A stretch of 64,000 bases of DNA from contig OX597814.1 of NCBI GenBank assembly GCA_951406725.2, positions 31,682,001 to 31,746,000 of the forward strand. The letters are read 5' to 3'. Source of the DNA: Octopus vulgaris. Lineage: Eukaryota. Below, in pieces: positions 39,930-52,700 of the stretch. A program made the translations under genes and the position numbers. Within the stretch, counting starts at the first letter, position 1; every line of letters begins with the position of its first letter. Under the pieces are notes generated by a model. It had not been told where the DNA came from, did not search any database, and saw only the letters and a program-made list of their open reading frames with translations.

Positions 39930-39934
<5 letters not shown>
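39625..39934. mobile_element. Short PLE-like element with ~44-bp inverted arms
   Basis: acaattgcagcgtgg..aagccatttaagaaacac versus gtgtttcttaaatggctt..ccacgctgcaattgt; lies between (TA)n tracts. Confidence 0.8.
39802..39852 (+). ncRNA. Hammerhead-like motif with G3-C8 covariant core
   Basis: TTTGTCA-GTGAACA-G-GTCGC(GGTCTCAAA)GCGAC-GAA-AATAAT-T-TGACAAA. Confidence 0.7.
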
Positions 39935-39978
<44 letters not shown>

Positions 39979-39982
<4 letters not shown>

Positions 39983-40282
39983 CTATATTTCGGAATGTCA
40001 TTTTGCCAGTTTAGCCAATAAAAACACACGCACTATTTATTTGGTGTTATTTTGCTTCAGTGTTATTTATTTTTTTACATTAATCTTAATCTTATTTCGG
40101 CCAGAGTTCTTTTGTCACACTCCTGTGACCGCATCAGTGGTCGTTTGTTTTCTTCTTTATTATTTGTGTCTCTCTTTACTAACCGTCAGCAAATAACACT
40201 GAAGCAAAATAACACCAAATATATAGTGCGTGTGTTTTTATTGGCTAAACTGGCAAAATGACCATTCCGAAATATAACAATA
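39979..40282. repeat. Fold-back element with ~90-bp arms (39979-40068, 40191-40282)
   Basis: cattttgccagtttagccaataaaaacacacgcacta versus tagtgcgtgtgtttttattggctaaactggcaaaatg. Confidence 0.92.
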
Positions 40283-40337
40283 TCTGTTTCAACACACGAC
40301 TTCACATAAAAAAATCTTGCACAACAAATATTTAAAC

Positions 40338-40415
<78 letters not shown>

Positions 40416-41756
40416 GTGCGGAAAGAGAAAGAGAGTGAGTGAGAGAAAGGAGAGAGAGAGAGAGCGAGCAAGAGATGATATTGACTAGAATGGAAAAGCG
40501 AAAACAATTATATGATTAATATATTTAGTAACGTTATGTTTTGGGATTTGAAATGTTTGTTTCGTGTTCGGCGAGAAACAAAAACTCTAGATGCAAACTG
40601 ATTTTAATTTTGGCGACTGTACAAACTTGCACACATATATTACCCTACTTGTGCCTAGTGAAACTGAATCAATATTCTATGAAGTTGATACAAAATTTAT
40701 CACTTATGGACATTTACTATATGAATGAATCATGTATAGCTTTTTTTCTTTCTAATCGCAAATCACTGCACGATACGTTGTAATATTTATGCTTTAAATA
40801 AATTTTAATTTAAAATAAACAGAAAATTACTGCATTTGAAAGATACAAGTTCTCCTTCAGATGTTATTTTTGGATTTTATAAATTTTAAAACCGAATCGT
40901 TTTTCTCTTTTATTTAATTTCTTTTTTCTATTCGTTTGTTAGAAATACTTGAATCATGTCACGTATGTAATGGAAGATGATGTAAATTTTACTTTATGGA
41001 AGCATTTCTATTGCCTAGCCTACAAGTTAAGATGGTTTTTCTATTCTGCTAGAGGTGAAATTTCTATTTTCTCTCAACGGGAAAGCAAAATGAAAATTTT
41101 AAACCGTTGACATTTCTCTTATGACTTCAAGCATATACTCAGTAGTACATATGCTTTTGTAGAACTTTATAAATTAGGTTGTTTGTTCTGAAGTTACTTT
41201 TAAATTTGAAAAAATATATTAAAAGTAAATTTTAAAATAGGTTGAAATGTAAGAGATATTCTGATGTACACTCTGGCATTAGGGTTTAGCATATTAAAAT
41301 ATCAAATACAGTCAGCGTTCAAAAAATTATTTAATGCTAATTTTCGAAATAGTTTATACGTTTCCAAACCTAGATTACTTTGTAAGTTACTGCCAGTAAA
41401 TAACTTAATGCATAGCGTCAGGAGTGGTTTCGCTTCCTATTTCCCGTGCAGAATGAAGCCTCGGGACTTTCTTTACTTTTTACATTTGCAAAAAATAGAT
41501 AAAGGGAAAAAATGGAATAATGATCATGTGTTGTCACGTTCAGAGCTATTCCAAGGAGATCGTGAAAATAAGTAAACTTAATAGTTGGAAGAAAAAGTCG
41601 AAAACAAGACGTAGTCTCCACTCGCTGCAAGCTTATATTCTATACTTTGGTGATCGCGAGCACACATGCATACGTATATCTTCACACAGACGCACACAGG
41701 CATACATACATTCATACATGATACACACACATGCATAATCACAGACACATATACAT

Positions 41757-41842
<86 letters not shown>

Positions 41843-42310
41843 GCGCATACACACACACACAAACATGCAAAAAGCTACACACACAGACAAATACGTACAC
41901 GCATATATATAACGATATGGATCTTAATTCCCGATTTCGATAAAAATCATACAAATAAAGTTAACGTGTTTAACCTTATATCATGGTACATGAGAACAAA
42001 TGTATGGCATCGTTATTCTTGTAAAATACATTTTGGGCGATTTAAATTTTTTTTTTGCTTGGTAAAGCAGTTACCATACATTCTAGTTTAAAATATAGTA
42101 CTCTAGTTACTTGAAATACAACGGCATCATAGTCATACATTTGGATCCATAATACCCTTGGATTCTGGACAAAACGAAACTTGTCTTTATTAATAACTCA
42201 GAAATTCAAGAAACTAGATTTTGTTGGAATCTTTTTCTCATGCTATGAAAATAAATTTATTAAAATCGTCAGGATTTGGAACCTCGTTCTATTCTTTTTG
42301 TTTTATTATA

Positions 42311-42707
42311 AGTGTGGCTGTGTGGTAAGTAGCTTGCTAACTAATCCCATGGTTCCGGGTTCAGTCCCACTGCGTGGCATCTTGGGCAAGTGTCTTCTGC
42401 TATAGCCTTGTGAGTGGATTTGGTAGACGGAAACTGAAAGAAGCCTGTCGTATATATGTATACATATATATATATATGTGTGTGTATGTGTGTGTTTGTG
42501 TGTGTGTGTTTGTCCCCCTAGCATTGTTTGACAACCAATGCTGGTGTGTTTACGTCCCCGTCACTTAGCGGTTCGGCAAAAGAGACCGATAGAATAAGTA
42601 CTGGGCTTACAAAGAATAAGTCCCGGGGTCGATTTGCTCGACTAAAGGCGGTGCTCCAGCATGGCCGTAGTCAAATGACTGAAACAAGTAAAAGAGTAAA
42701 AAGAGTA
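42311..42707 (+). mobile_element. SINE family A
   Basis: Near identical to 58961-59395 apart from a small internal deletion. Confidence 0.95.
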
Positions 42708-43667
42708 TATCAAGTGTTACAAATTAATTTACCTTTCTTCGGTGGTGGTGGAGTTGTATAAATGAAAATATAATTGCCTAATTAAGGAGAATAGATATTA
42801 ATATAAAGCAAATAATAATTGTTGTTTCTAAAACGGATTCGGTCATATATAGGCGGAACAAAATTTTTTGAAATTATTTTTCGAAGGCTTGTCACCCCAT
42901 CCATGCACACCAACGTTCGAAGTCAACACGCTATTATATTAGCTGCAAACAATTCATTCTACCTTAAAATCAAGAATACTGCCACCCAGGGTTAAACTGC
43001 TTTAATGTAATAAATATTATATATGCATTGATGAATATACATCTACACACAAATACATGCATGCAAATATATGTGGGTTTGTGGGTGCTTCTGTGTGTGT
43101 AACCATCAGATGTATGTATGACTTGCTAACTCGAACCACACATTCATTAATCTTTTTAGCAAATAAACACTCTCTCGCAGCATCCTTAATCTTGATAAAG
43201 CGCAGCATCGTAGATATGATCGATATAGGGAAAACAAAGCTACACCAATACTAGTATGGTATTGATTGACAAAGGAGTAGAGTGGAATAAACTGATATGA
43301 GATACATTGTGCAAGGGTACAACACAGCACTCACTCCGGATTTGAAACCACGGCCTTATAAACATGAAACCAAGGGCCTGACCATTTGATAGAAATGGTA
43401 CGAGAACAAAAGAATGAAAGCGACCTCGATATTATGTAAATAGAGGAATTTATCTGTAAATGTAGCAACCTGAAATACGAAAATGAAGTTAGGTACGCAA
43501 AGTTCAGCTGTCATTCTACTCCTTACATCGAGCAATAAACAACAATTATGAGACTTTGAAGGCAGATGCTCCCACGAACTAAAATAAAGTTTGGGATTTG
43601 TGAAGGGTTAAAGTTGGTAACAAAAACAGGACATACAACAAACCAACCGAAACGAACACATATATAT

Positions 43668-43742
<75 letters not shown>

Positions 43743-43743
43743 G

Positions 43744-43823
<80 letters not shown>

Positions 43824-43906
43824 GGTGAAAAGGAACACACGAGTTGATATATATGAAAAAACAAGTCAAGATAGAAAATGCTAAAATAATTTTATAAAGA
43901 ACATTT

Positions 43907-43943
43907 CAGTACCGGTTTCGTCATTTTGAGACTTTTTCAACTG
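43907..43943 (-). ncRNA. Hammerhead-like motif with U3-A8 covariant core
   Basis: Minus: CAG-TTGAAAA-A-GTC(TCAAAAT)GAC-GAA-ACCGGT-A-CTG; palindromic stem III, GUA site; about 85 nt from the (TA)n junction. Confidence 0.68.
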
Positions 43944-44296
43944 TAACGATTAAATAATTAAATTTAGAAAAATTAAAAGAAAAGTTTTTTTAAAGGAATA
44001 TTTGTATAGTGTTCACATATAAGTGGCATTTTCCTTGTTTCTGCCTTGCTCTGTCTCTCTTGTTTGCACTTGTGTGTTCGAGGTCGTTGTGAATTCTTGG
44101 TAGGGTAGAAGAAGAAGGTTGATGAGGAGAAGGGGTGGAAAAATTTGGGAGTGCCTTGATTGTCGTATTTTGAATGGTCAATGACGGCTAGCAGTTGCAG
44201 TTCAATTCAGGAGAATATTTCTATTGAAAGGTTTGTTTATGGAATTTGCGTTGGTGTTATACTAAAAAACATTAGTGATAAAGTTAAGAAGTAGAA

Positions 44297-44560
44297 GTTG
44301 GAGCAGAAGAAGACGAAGAAGAAGAAGAAGAAGAAGAAGAAGAAGAAGAAGAAGAAGAAGAAGAAGAAGAAGAAGAAGAAGAAGAAGAAGAAGAAGAAGA
44401 AGAAGAAGAAGAAGAAGAAGAAGAAGAAGAAGATGATGACGATGTTGATGATGATGATGAAGAAGAAGAAGAAGGGGAAGCGGAAGGAGAAGAAGAAGAT
44501 GATGATGATGGTGATGATGAAGACGACGATGATGATGATAATGATGATAATGAAGAAGAT
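44297..44560. repeat. (GAA)n/(GAT)n microsatellite
   Basis: Direct inspection. Confidence 0.97.
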
Positions 44561-44899
44561 AAAAAAGAGAAGGGAGAATATGAATGAGTGGAAGTAGTGA
44601 GGTGTTGTATGACTTGAAGTTGGCACGATATGGATTATAGCTGTGATTGGGGCTGATTTGTAATGGATTCTTTGGAATGTAATGTTTGCGTGTGTATTTC
44701 TGTTGCTCTACAGCTGAGGTGCATTAATCGTTTGTCGTAGACCCGTTAAGAAGTAGCCTGTATTTTGTAATAAAGAGAGTTTCTTTACTTATTCATTGTC
44801 TTGAGGTTGTATCGTCCCTAAATTGGTAGAGGGGGAAAATCCTGAAGCCTGGTGTTTTGTTGTTGGCGCAAGTATCTATGTGTATCTTTGGCGCAAGTA

Positions 44900-45140
44900 T
44901 CTTTGGCATGAAAATATAGAGAAACTCAAAGAATTCCAAGAAATTTTAAATGGACTGGACGTAAACATCCAATTCACGATGGAATATAGCCAGCGACAAC
45001 TTCCCTTCCTCGATATCCTCATTAAGAAAGCTAATAATGTAATAGAAACAGACATATATTATAAGCCTACAGATTCTAAGCAATATCTTCCATTCAATTC
45101 ATGCCACCCCAGACACACCAGGATGAATATCCCCTTCAAT
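44900..45140 (+). pseudogene. Penelope-like reverse transcriptase C-terminal/thumb fragment
   Basis: LKEFQEILNGLDVNIQFTMEYSQRQLPFLDILIKK..IETDIYYKPTDSKQYLPFNSCHPRHTRMNIPFN contains the PLE motifs IxFTxE, LPFLD, YxKPT and SxHP. Confidence 0.92.
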
Positions 45141-45155
45141 ACGGATATATATATA

Positions 45156-46404
45156 TTTGGTTGGCAACTAAGTTCTCGCGGGTTTTTTTATTTAAAATTT
45201 TTAAATGCTTTAATAAAAAATAATTAATTAATCAATAATATATTCACCCTTGTTGTTTACAAATTATTCCCAACGTTCAACAAGATTTTCAATACCTCGT
45301 TGGTAGAAATCACCCGATTTCGATCGAAAAATTGATCCAACCAAGCTCTCATTTGTGCATCAGTCTTGAATGAAACTGCGCGCATAGCATTTGAAAAAGA
45401 TCGAAAGAGGTGAAAATCCGTTAGTGCCAAATCAGGAGAGTACGGTGGGAGTGGCAGCACTTCTCAGCCATGCGTTTGAATGGCTTCCTTGGTCATATTG
45501 GTGATATGAGGGCGGGCGTTGTCGTGCAGCAGAAGAACTCCATGCTGCTTATTAGGTTTTTTCTCTTGAATAGCCGTGTTGTGTCGTTCCATCTGTTAAA
45601 CATAGAGTTCCGCGTTGACCGTTTGGTTCCATTCCAGCAATTCGTAATGGATAATCCCTTCCCAATCGCAGCATACGCACAACATTATTTTACGCGGATG
45701 AAGATTCTGTTTCACGCGCGGTGTCTCTTGTTTACCGGGGCTAAGCCATTCCTTTCGCTGCTTCACACTGATGTACAGGCACCATTTTTCGTCGCCAGTA
45801 ACGATTCGGTATAAAAAAAAACGTTGATTGTATCCATGAGTTGAGCGGTGACGACCAACCAAACCAGCGGAGATTGTGGCTCGTTGATTTTTGTTGTTGT
45901 CACTTAAAACATGCGGAATCCTTGCTCCATACTTCTGAATCGTTCCCACCGTGTGAAGATGCTTCTCTATGGCAGTGTGGGAGCATTCCATTTTCTCTGC
46001 CAGTTTCCTTGTTGTTTGACGAGAATTTTCGTGCAAAAGTTGGTTTAATGGCTCTTCATCGAACTCAACTGGGCGACCAGAGCGAACAGTGGTTTTGAGT
46101 TTAAAATTTCCATTTTTGAACTTGGTATACCAATCGCGAGCGGTTCTTTCAACTATCAAACCCGCTCCATACACAGCACAAATGTCACGAGCAGCTCTTG
46201 CGGCCTTAGAACCTTGCTAAAAGCAAAAAGAAGGAGATGTTGAAAGTGCTCGTTTTTCTTAACTTGACATGCCATTTTAATGATCTGAAAATAAACAAAA
46301 AATAACTAAAATTAATTAGAAAAACAACAAAATAGATTCCGAAATTTAAAAACGCAATAAATTCCAAAATTTGAAAAACAGCGGGAACATTGTTGTCAAC
46401 CCAA
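45156..46404 (-). mobile_element. Full-length mariner transposon with frameshifted D,D34D transposase (about 46275-45228)
   Basis: TIRs tttggttggcaactaagttc / gaacattgttgtcaacccaa flanked by TA; motifs RSGRP, IVTGDEKW, HDNARPH and YSPDLALTDFHLF. Confidence 0.95.
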
Positions 46405-46447
46405 TATATACATACGCACACACACACACACACACACACACCTTAGA

Positions 46448-47045
46448 TTTAAATGTACACTGTATTTTGTGACTCATACATTGTCTTTGGACTAAATTTT
46501 TAAATGCTAGGCCACTGGAAATGAAAATTTCTATCAATTTCCATTTCCCTTTGATATGATTAAATATTATAAGTCTTCGGATAATTTCCGGTTTTTAAAA
46601 GTTGGCATTTTTTTTATTGCCGGCGAAGGACTGCGCCTGCGTGGTAGATTTAAAAAAAGATTAGGATGTATAAACAAGAGGCATATAGTTGATTGCCTCG
46701 TGTTTATATATTTAAATCTAAGTTATCCCTGTTGAAAACGATTTTACCTCGCGTGTATAAGTTATTTACTTGCTAAACAAAAATCAGAAACCAATTGGTC
46801 AAGGAAATTAGATGGTAAAATGTTTTTATTTTTTCATTTCATTCCTGTCGAATTTTATCCCTAATTTTATGGTTACAGAACCTTGCTGTTCTTTCTAGCG
46901 TGTTGAATCCCATGAGTGGATTCCTCATGTGTTTAAATGTACACTGTATTTTATGTCTAATGCATAGTTTTGAACTAAAGTTTTACACGCTAAGCCACTG
47001 GAAATGAAAATTTCTATTAATTTCCATTTCCTTTTGATATGATTA
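46448..47045. repeat. ~115-bp direct repeat (46448-46562 and 46933-47045)
   Basis: tttaaatgtacactgtatttt...gccactggaaatgaaaatttctat.aatttccatttcc.tttgatatgatta occurs twice. Confidence 0.88.
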
Positions 47046-47169
47046 TATACATATATATGTATGTATGTGTGTGTGTGGGTGGGTGGGTGTGAGTGTGTGT
47101 ATGTATATACATACATACATATATATATATACACATACACACACAGGTATATATATATATATATTTATA

Positions 47170-48275
47170 TATATAAATGGTAATATTATTTAAAATAATT
47201 CATACCATGGGGCTAGCATGCGTTAAAATGTCAGTAGACATTGATATTTGTTTTAATATATATATGAGGGTATAAAAATTTATACAAGAGGAGACGTCCA
47301 AAATGTGGTCTTCTTGTATGCTAAAAAGTGCTGTCAATTTCACAATCCACGAAAGGACAGTCTTATTTGTAGCACTTTGTAAGCGAGAAGGACAATTTGG
47401 AAGAATTAAATATCAGTCAATTCTATACTCCGAAGTTCCACCTTTAATGATTAAATAATTCAATTAATTAATCAATCAGTTGATGAATTAGCCATCCGTG
47501 AATTATCAGTAGAATCGCTGCTACACATACTTATAAAACTCGAATACGCACCGAAGCAAGTGTATAGTGCGTTTCATCGTTACACACCAAGAATTCAATT
47601 AAAATTATCGTTCTGCGGCAGAATAATACAGCAGTGAATATAAGTTTAACTGTGAACCTTCTGACCCAAGAATTAAAATAACTATAAGCATAAAGGGTAA
47701 AAATTATTTAAAATAATTTATGAATGTAGCTCGCTTACAACCAAAGTGCTATAAAAGTGTTCTTTCTCGTGTTGGGAATTTGACATCCCTTTTTATCATG
47801 CAAGAAAACCACATAGTGGTCTTCTCTCTGTGTAAACATTTTTATAATCTCGTATGTACTCTTAAAATATTTATGTCTACTGATGTTTTTTTATGCATGA
47901 TAGCCACTTGGTATAAATCATTATTTTTAATAATTTTACCCTTTATATCTATACTTGAATATTTTAATTTTTGGGTCAGATAATTCACTGTTAAACTTAT
48001 ATTCACTGCTGCATGTGTTTCGGTGCATACTGGAGTTTTATGTGTCGCAGAGATTTTACTGAGAATCCACGGATGGTTAATCCATCAATTGATTGATTAA
48101 TTGATTTATTTAATCATTAATTGTGAAACTTCGGAGTATAGAATTAACTTATATTTTAATTTGTTCAAATTGTCCTTCTCGCTTACAATCAAAGAATGTT
48201 CTTTGGTGCTTTGGGAATTTGACTGCACCTTTTAGCATGAAAGAAGACCACATAATGGTTTTCTCTTCGTGTAAG
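47170..48275. mobile_element. Diverged ~520-bp PLE-like unit in permuted and inverted arrangement
   Basis: 47283-47720 is the reverse complement of about 47920-48275; 47170-47260 matches the reverse complement of 47865-47950; 47730-47835 repeats at 48178-48272. Extended hammerhead-like motifs at 47420-47515 (-) and 48053-48144 (+). Confidence 0.75.
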
Positions 48276-48279
48276 AGAG

Positions 48280-49052
48280 TTGTGGACCTTCAGCGATTTG
48301 CTCTGGATCTCGACAACGGTGATCTTCGAGCAGCAGTTTCATTTTGGAGAAGAGATGGAAGTATGTATGGGGATAAATCTGGCAAATAAGGTTGGTACAG
48401 AGCTGATACCATGTTGTTTCTTGTGGGAATCTCACGAATGAGGAGAGATCCGTAACAAGGTACATTGTCGTAGTAAAAAACCCAAGGTACATTGTCGTAG
48501 TAAAAAAGCCAATTTTTCTCACTCCACAGATCCGGTTGCCTTCACCGAATTCCTTCAAACGCTTCAAAACGTCACAGTAGAACTCTCGATTGACAATCTA
48601 GTCCTGGGGGACGAATTCTCGATGCAAAATACCACAATTCCACGGGTGAAGCTCGTGCTGGTCTTCCAAATTGCTCATTTCTTCCAGATCGCTCATTGTC
48701 TTCTAGAGACATTATCCAGCTTTGGAAGCGTCTGTGCAAATCGAGACATTGACTACGACCCATGGCTTCGTTGCCGTATGCATGCCGAAGCATGCACAAT
48801 GTCTCTGTAGCAGACTTCCCAAGTTTAACGCAAAATATCACGTTGGCTCTTTGTTCCTGTCTATGGCAAAATCGCAGACTACAGCATACACGTGATCACA
48901 AAAACACAAATTTCACAACTTGTGCAGTAAACTCAGCAATGTCACTCGGTACGCTGTTTCAAGAATGTCAGATCTGGCTCTCACGGTGCACGTGACAGTG
49001 TGTGTTGGGGTACTACACAACTAGTCGGGGAAGGTTTTGATATTATCTTGTG
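48280..49052 (-). mobile_element. Internally deleted mariner remnant
   Basis: IFCVKLGKSATETLCMLRHAYGNEAMGRSQCLDLHRRF..SLEDNERSGR is a mariner N-terminal HTH; degenerate HDN region near 48490-48510 is tandemly duplicated. Confidence 0.85.
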
Positions 49053-49095
49053 TACATGCACGCACACACACACACACACACACGCATATATATAT

Positions 49096-49321
49096 GGCTA
49101 GCTGGCAGAAACGTTAGCACGCCGGGCGAAATGCGTAGCCGTATTTCGTCTGCCGCTACGTTCTGAGTTCAAATTCCGCCGAGGTCGACTTTGCCTTTCA
49201 TCCTTTCGGGGTGGATAAATAAAGTACCAGTTACGCACTGGGGTCGATATAATCGACTTAATCCCTTTGTCTGTCTTTGCTTGTCCCCTCTATGTTTAGC
49301 CCCTTGTGGGTAATAAAGAAA
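49096..49321 (+). mobile_element. SINE family C with Meta-like central domain
   Basis: agctggcagaaacgttagcac (A box), gagttcaaattcc (B box), gaggtcgactttgcctttcatcctttcggggtggataaataaagtaccag (resembles the MetaSINE domain). Confidence 0.88.
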
Positions 49322-49324
49322 CGC

Positions 49325-49356
<32 letters not shown>

Positions 49357-49358
49357 AG

Positions 49359-49686
49359 CACAGAAGTAAGTCTGAGACATTTCAATTTAAGAGGAAATTT
49401 AATAAAAAGATTATTTAAAGAAAATATTACCTGTTTCGATGTATATCATCTTATCAAATATCAGTAAATATTTATAAAACATATGAAGTAAAAACAGTTT
49501 ATCTTCTGTCTAGGGGTCAAGAACAGTGACAACCAGAGAGAAGATAAACTGTTTTTACTTCAATATTTTATAAATGTTTTCTGATATTTCGATAAGATGA
49601 GATACATCGAAAGCGGTAATATTTTCTTTATATAATTTTTTATTAAATTCCCTCTTAAATTGAAATGTCTGAGACTTGCTTCTGTG
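49359..49686. mobile_element. Fold-back element (arms 49359-49507, 49539-49686), each arm with a U3-A8 hammerhead motif
   Basis: Minus 49424-49461: ATAT-TTGATAA-GATG(ATATA)CATC-GAA-ACAGGT-A-ATAT. Plus 49584-49622: TCGATAA-GATG(AGATA)CATC-GAA-AGCGGT-A-ATAT. Confidence 0.8.
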
Positions 49687-49780
49687 GTATTTCTACCTCC
49701 ATCTTTTACATATAAAAATTTGATTTGTAAAGATATCTACACTTTTTGAACAATATATACATATACATATATATATATAT

Positions 49781-52700
49781 ATCAACAATAAAGGAACGGC
49801 CATAATAGGCCATTCACCCACTAGAAATAACAGCCAAAGCTTCAACCGCAAATAAAAGTTAATTCAGTAAACCAGGAGAAAATTTAAAAAACATTTACCC
49901 TGTAATTTCTTATACGATATACCGTTTCATCTGCTGATTAATGGTAAACTAACCTGATTAAATTAAATCAAGTCAATCTTCCACAGGCCCTCAGATTCTT
50001 CAGTAAGAAATAGCCCAAGACGGAACAGATATTTTCACGAGGCATTTCCGACGTTGCCAAGTTAATATCTGACCTAAAATTTTCAAATCGTCGCACTCGC
50101 ACCAAATTTATCGGCAGCAAATAAATATAAGCCGTCGATTCCATTACGGAATTAACCAGAAAATTCATAATTAATCAATATAGGGTGGCAAAAAAAATTT
50201 TGTAGAATTCTTTTGCCACCAGCGGCCTAGTAGGAAAAAATTAAAATAGTCAAAGACCATTTTTAAGTTCAACATCAACAATAAAGGAACGGCCATAATA
50301 GGCCATTCACCCACTAGAAATAACAGCCAAAGCTTCAACCGCAAATAAAAGTTAATTCAGTAAACCAGGAGAAAATTTAAAAAACATTTACCCTGTAATT
50401 TCTTATACGATATACCGTTTCATCTGCTGATTAATGGTAAACTAACCTGATTAAATTAAATCAAGCCAATCTTCCACAGGCCCTCAGATTCTTCAGTAAG
50501 AAATAGCCCAAGACGGAACAGATATTTTCACGAGGCATTTCCGACGTTGCCAAGTTAATATCTGACCTAAAATTTTCAAATCGTCGCACTCGCGCCAAAT
50601 TTATCGGCAGCAAATAAATATAAGCCGTCGATTCCATTACGGAATTAACCAGAAAATTCATAATTAATCAATATAGGGTGGCAAAAAAAATTTTGTAGAA
50701 TTCTTTTGCCACCAGCGGCCTAGTAGGAAAAAATTAAAATAGTCAAAGACCATTTTTAAGTTCAACATCAACAATAAAGGAACGGCCATAATAGGCCATT
50801 CACCCACTAGAAATAACAGCCAAAGCTTCAACCGCAAATAAAAGTTAATTCAGTAAACCAGGAGAAAATTTAAAAAACATTTACCCTGTAATTTCTTATA
50901 CGATATACCGTTTCATCTGCTGATTAATGGTAAACTAACCTGATTAAATTAAATCAAGCCAATCTTCCACAGGCCCTCAGATTCTTCAGTAAGAAATAGC
51001 CCAAGACGGAACAGATATTTTCACGAGGCATTTCCGACGTTGCCAAGTTAATATCTGACCTAAAATTTTCAAATCGTCGCACTCGCGCCAAATTTATCGG
51101 CAGCAAATAAATATAAGCCGTCGATTCCATTACGGAATTAACCAGAAAATTCATAATTAATCAATATAGGGTGGCAAAAAAAATTTTGTAGAATTCTTTT
51201 GCCACCAGCGGCCTAGTAGGAAAAAATTAAAATAGTCAAAGACCATTTTAAAGTTCAACATCAACAATAAAGGAACGGCCATAATAGGCCATTCACCCAC
51301 TAGAAATAACAGCCAAAGCTTCAACCGCAAATAAAAGTTAATTCAGTAAACCAGGAGAAAATTTAAAAAACATTTACCCTGTAATTTCTTATACGATATA
51401 CCGTTTCATCTGCTGATTAATGGTAAACTAACCTGATTAAATTAAATCAAGCCAATCTTCCACAGGCCCTCAGATTCTTCAGTAAGAAATAGCCCAAGAC
51501 GGAACAGATATTTTCACGAGGCATTTCCGACGTTGCCAAGTTAATATCTGACCTAAAATTTTCAAATCGTCGCACTCGCACCAAATTTATCGGCAGCAAA
51601 TAAATATAAGCCGTCGATTCCATTACGGAATTAACCAGAAAATTCATAATTAATCAATATAGGGTGGCAAAAAAATTTTGTAGAATTCTTTTGCCACCAG
51701 CGGCCTAGTAGGAAAAAATTAAAATATTCAAAGACCATTTTTAAGTTCAACATCAACAATAAAGGAACGGCCATAATAGGCCATTCACCCACTAGAAATA
51801 ACAGCCAAAGCTTCAACCGCAAATAAAAGTTAATTCAGTAAACCAGGAGAAAATTTAAAAAACATTTACCCTGTAATTTCTTATACGATATACCGTTTCA
51901 TCTGCTGATTAATGGTAAACTAACCTGATTAAATTAAATCAAGCCAATCTTCCACAGGCCCTCAGATTCTTCAGTAAGAAATAGCCCAAGACGGAACAGA
52001 TATTTTCACGAGGCATTTCCGACGTTGCCAAGTTAATATCTGACCTAAAATTTTCAAATCGTCGCACTCGCGCCAAATTTATCGGCAGCAAATAAATATA
52101 AGCCGTCGATTCCATTACGGAATTAACCAGAAAATTCATAATTAATCAATATAGGGTGGCAAAAAAAATTTTGTAGAATTCTTTTGCCACCAGCGGCCTA
52201 GTAGGAAAAAATTAAAATAGTCAAAGACCATTTTTAAGTTCAACATCAACAATAAAGGAACGGCCATAATAGGCCATTCACCCACTAGAAATAACAGCCA
52301 AAGCTTCAACCGCAAATAAAAGTTAATTCAGTAAACCAGGAGAAAATTTAAAAAACATTTACCCTGTAATTTCTTATACGATATACCGTTTCATCTGCTG
52401 ATTAATGGTAAACTAACCTGATTAAATTAAATCAAGCCAATCTTCCACAGGCCCTCAGATTCTTCAGTAAGAAATAGCCCAAGACGGAACAGATATTTTC
52501 ACGAGGCATTTCCGACGTTGCCAAGTTAATATCTGACCTAAAATTTTCAAATCGTCGCACTCGCGCCAAATTTATCGGCAGCAAATAAATATAAGCCGTC
52601 GATTCCATTACGGAATTAACCAGAAAATTCATAATTAATCAATATAGGGTGGCAAAAAAAAATTTTGTAGAATTCTTTTGCCACCAGCGGCCTAGTAGGA

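Noticed and set aside
44237-44626. Poly-K / poly-F ORFs
   Set aside because: Translation of the (GAA)n tract.
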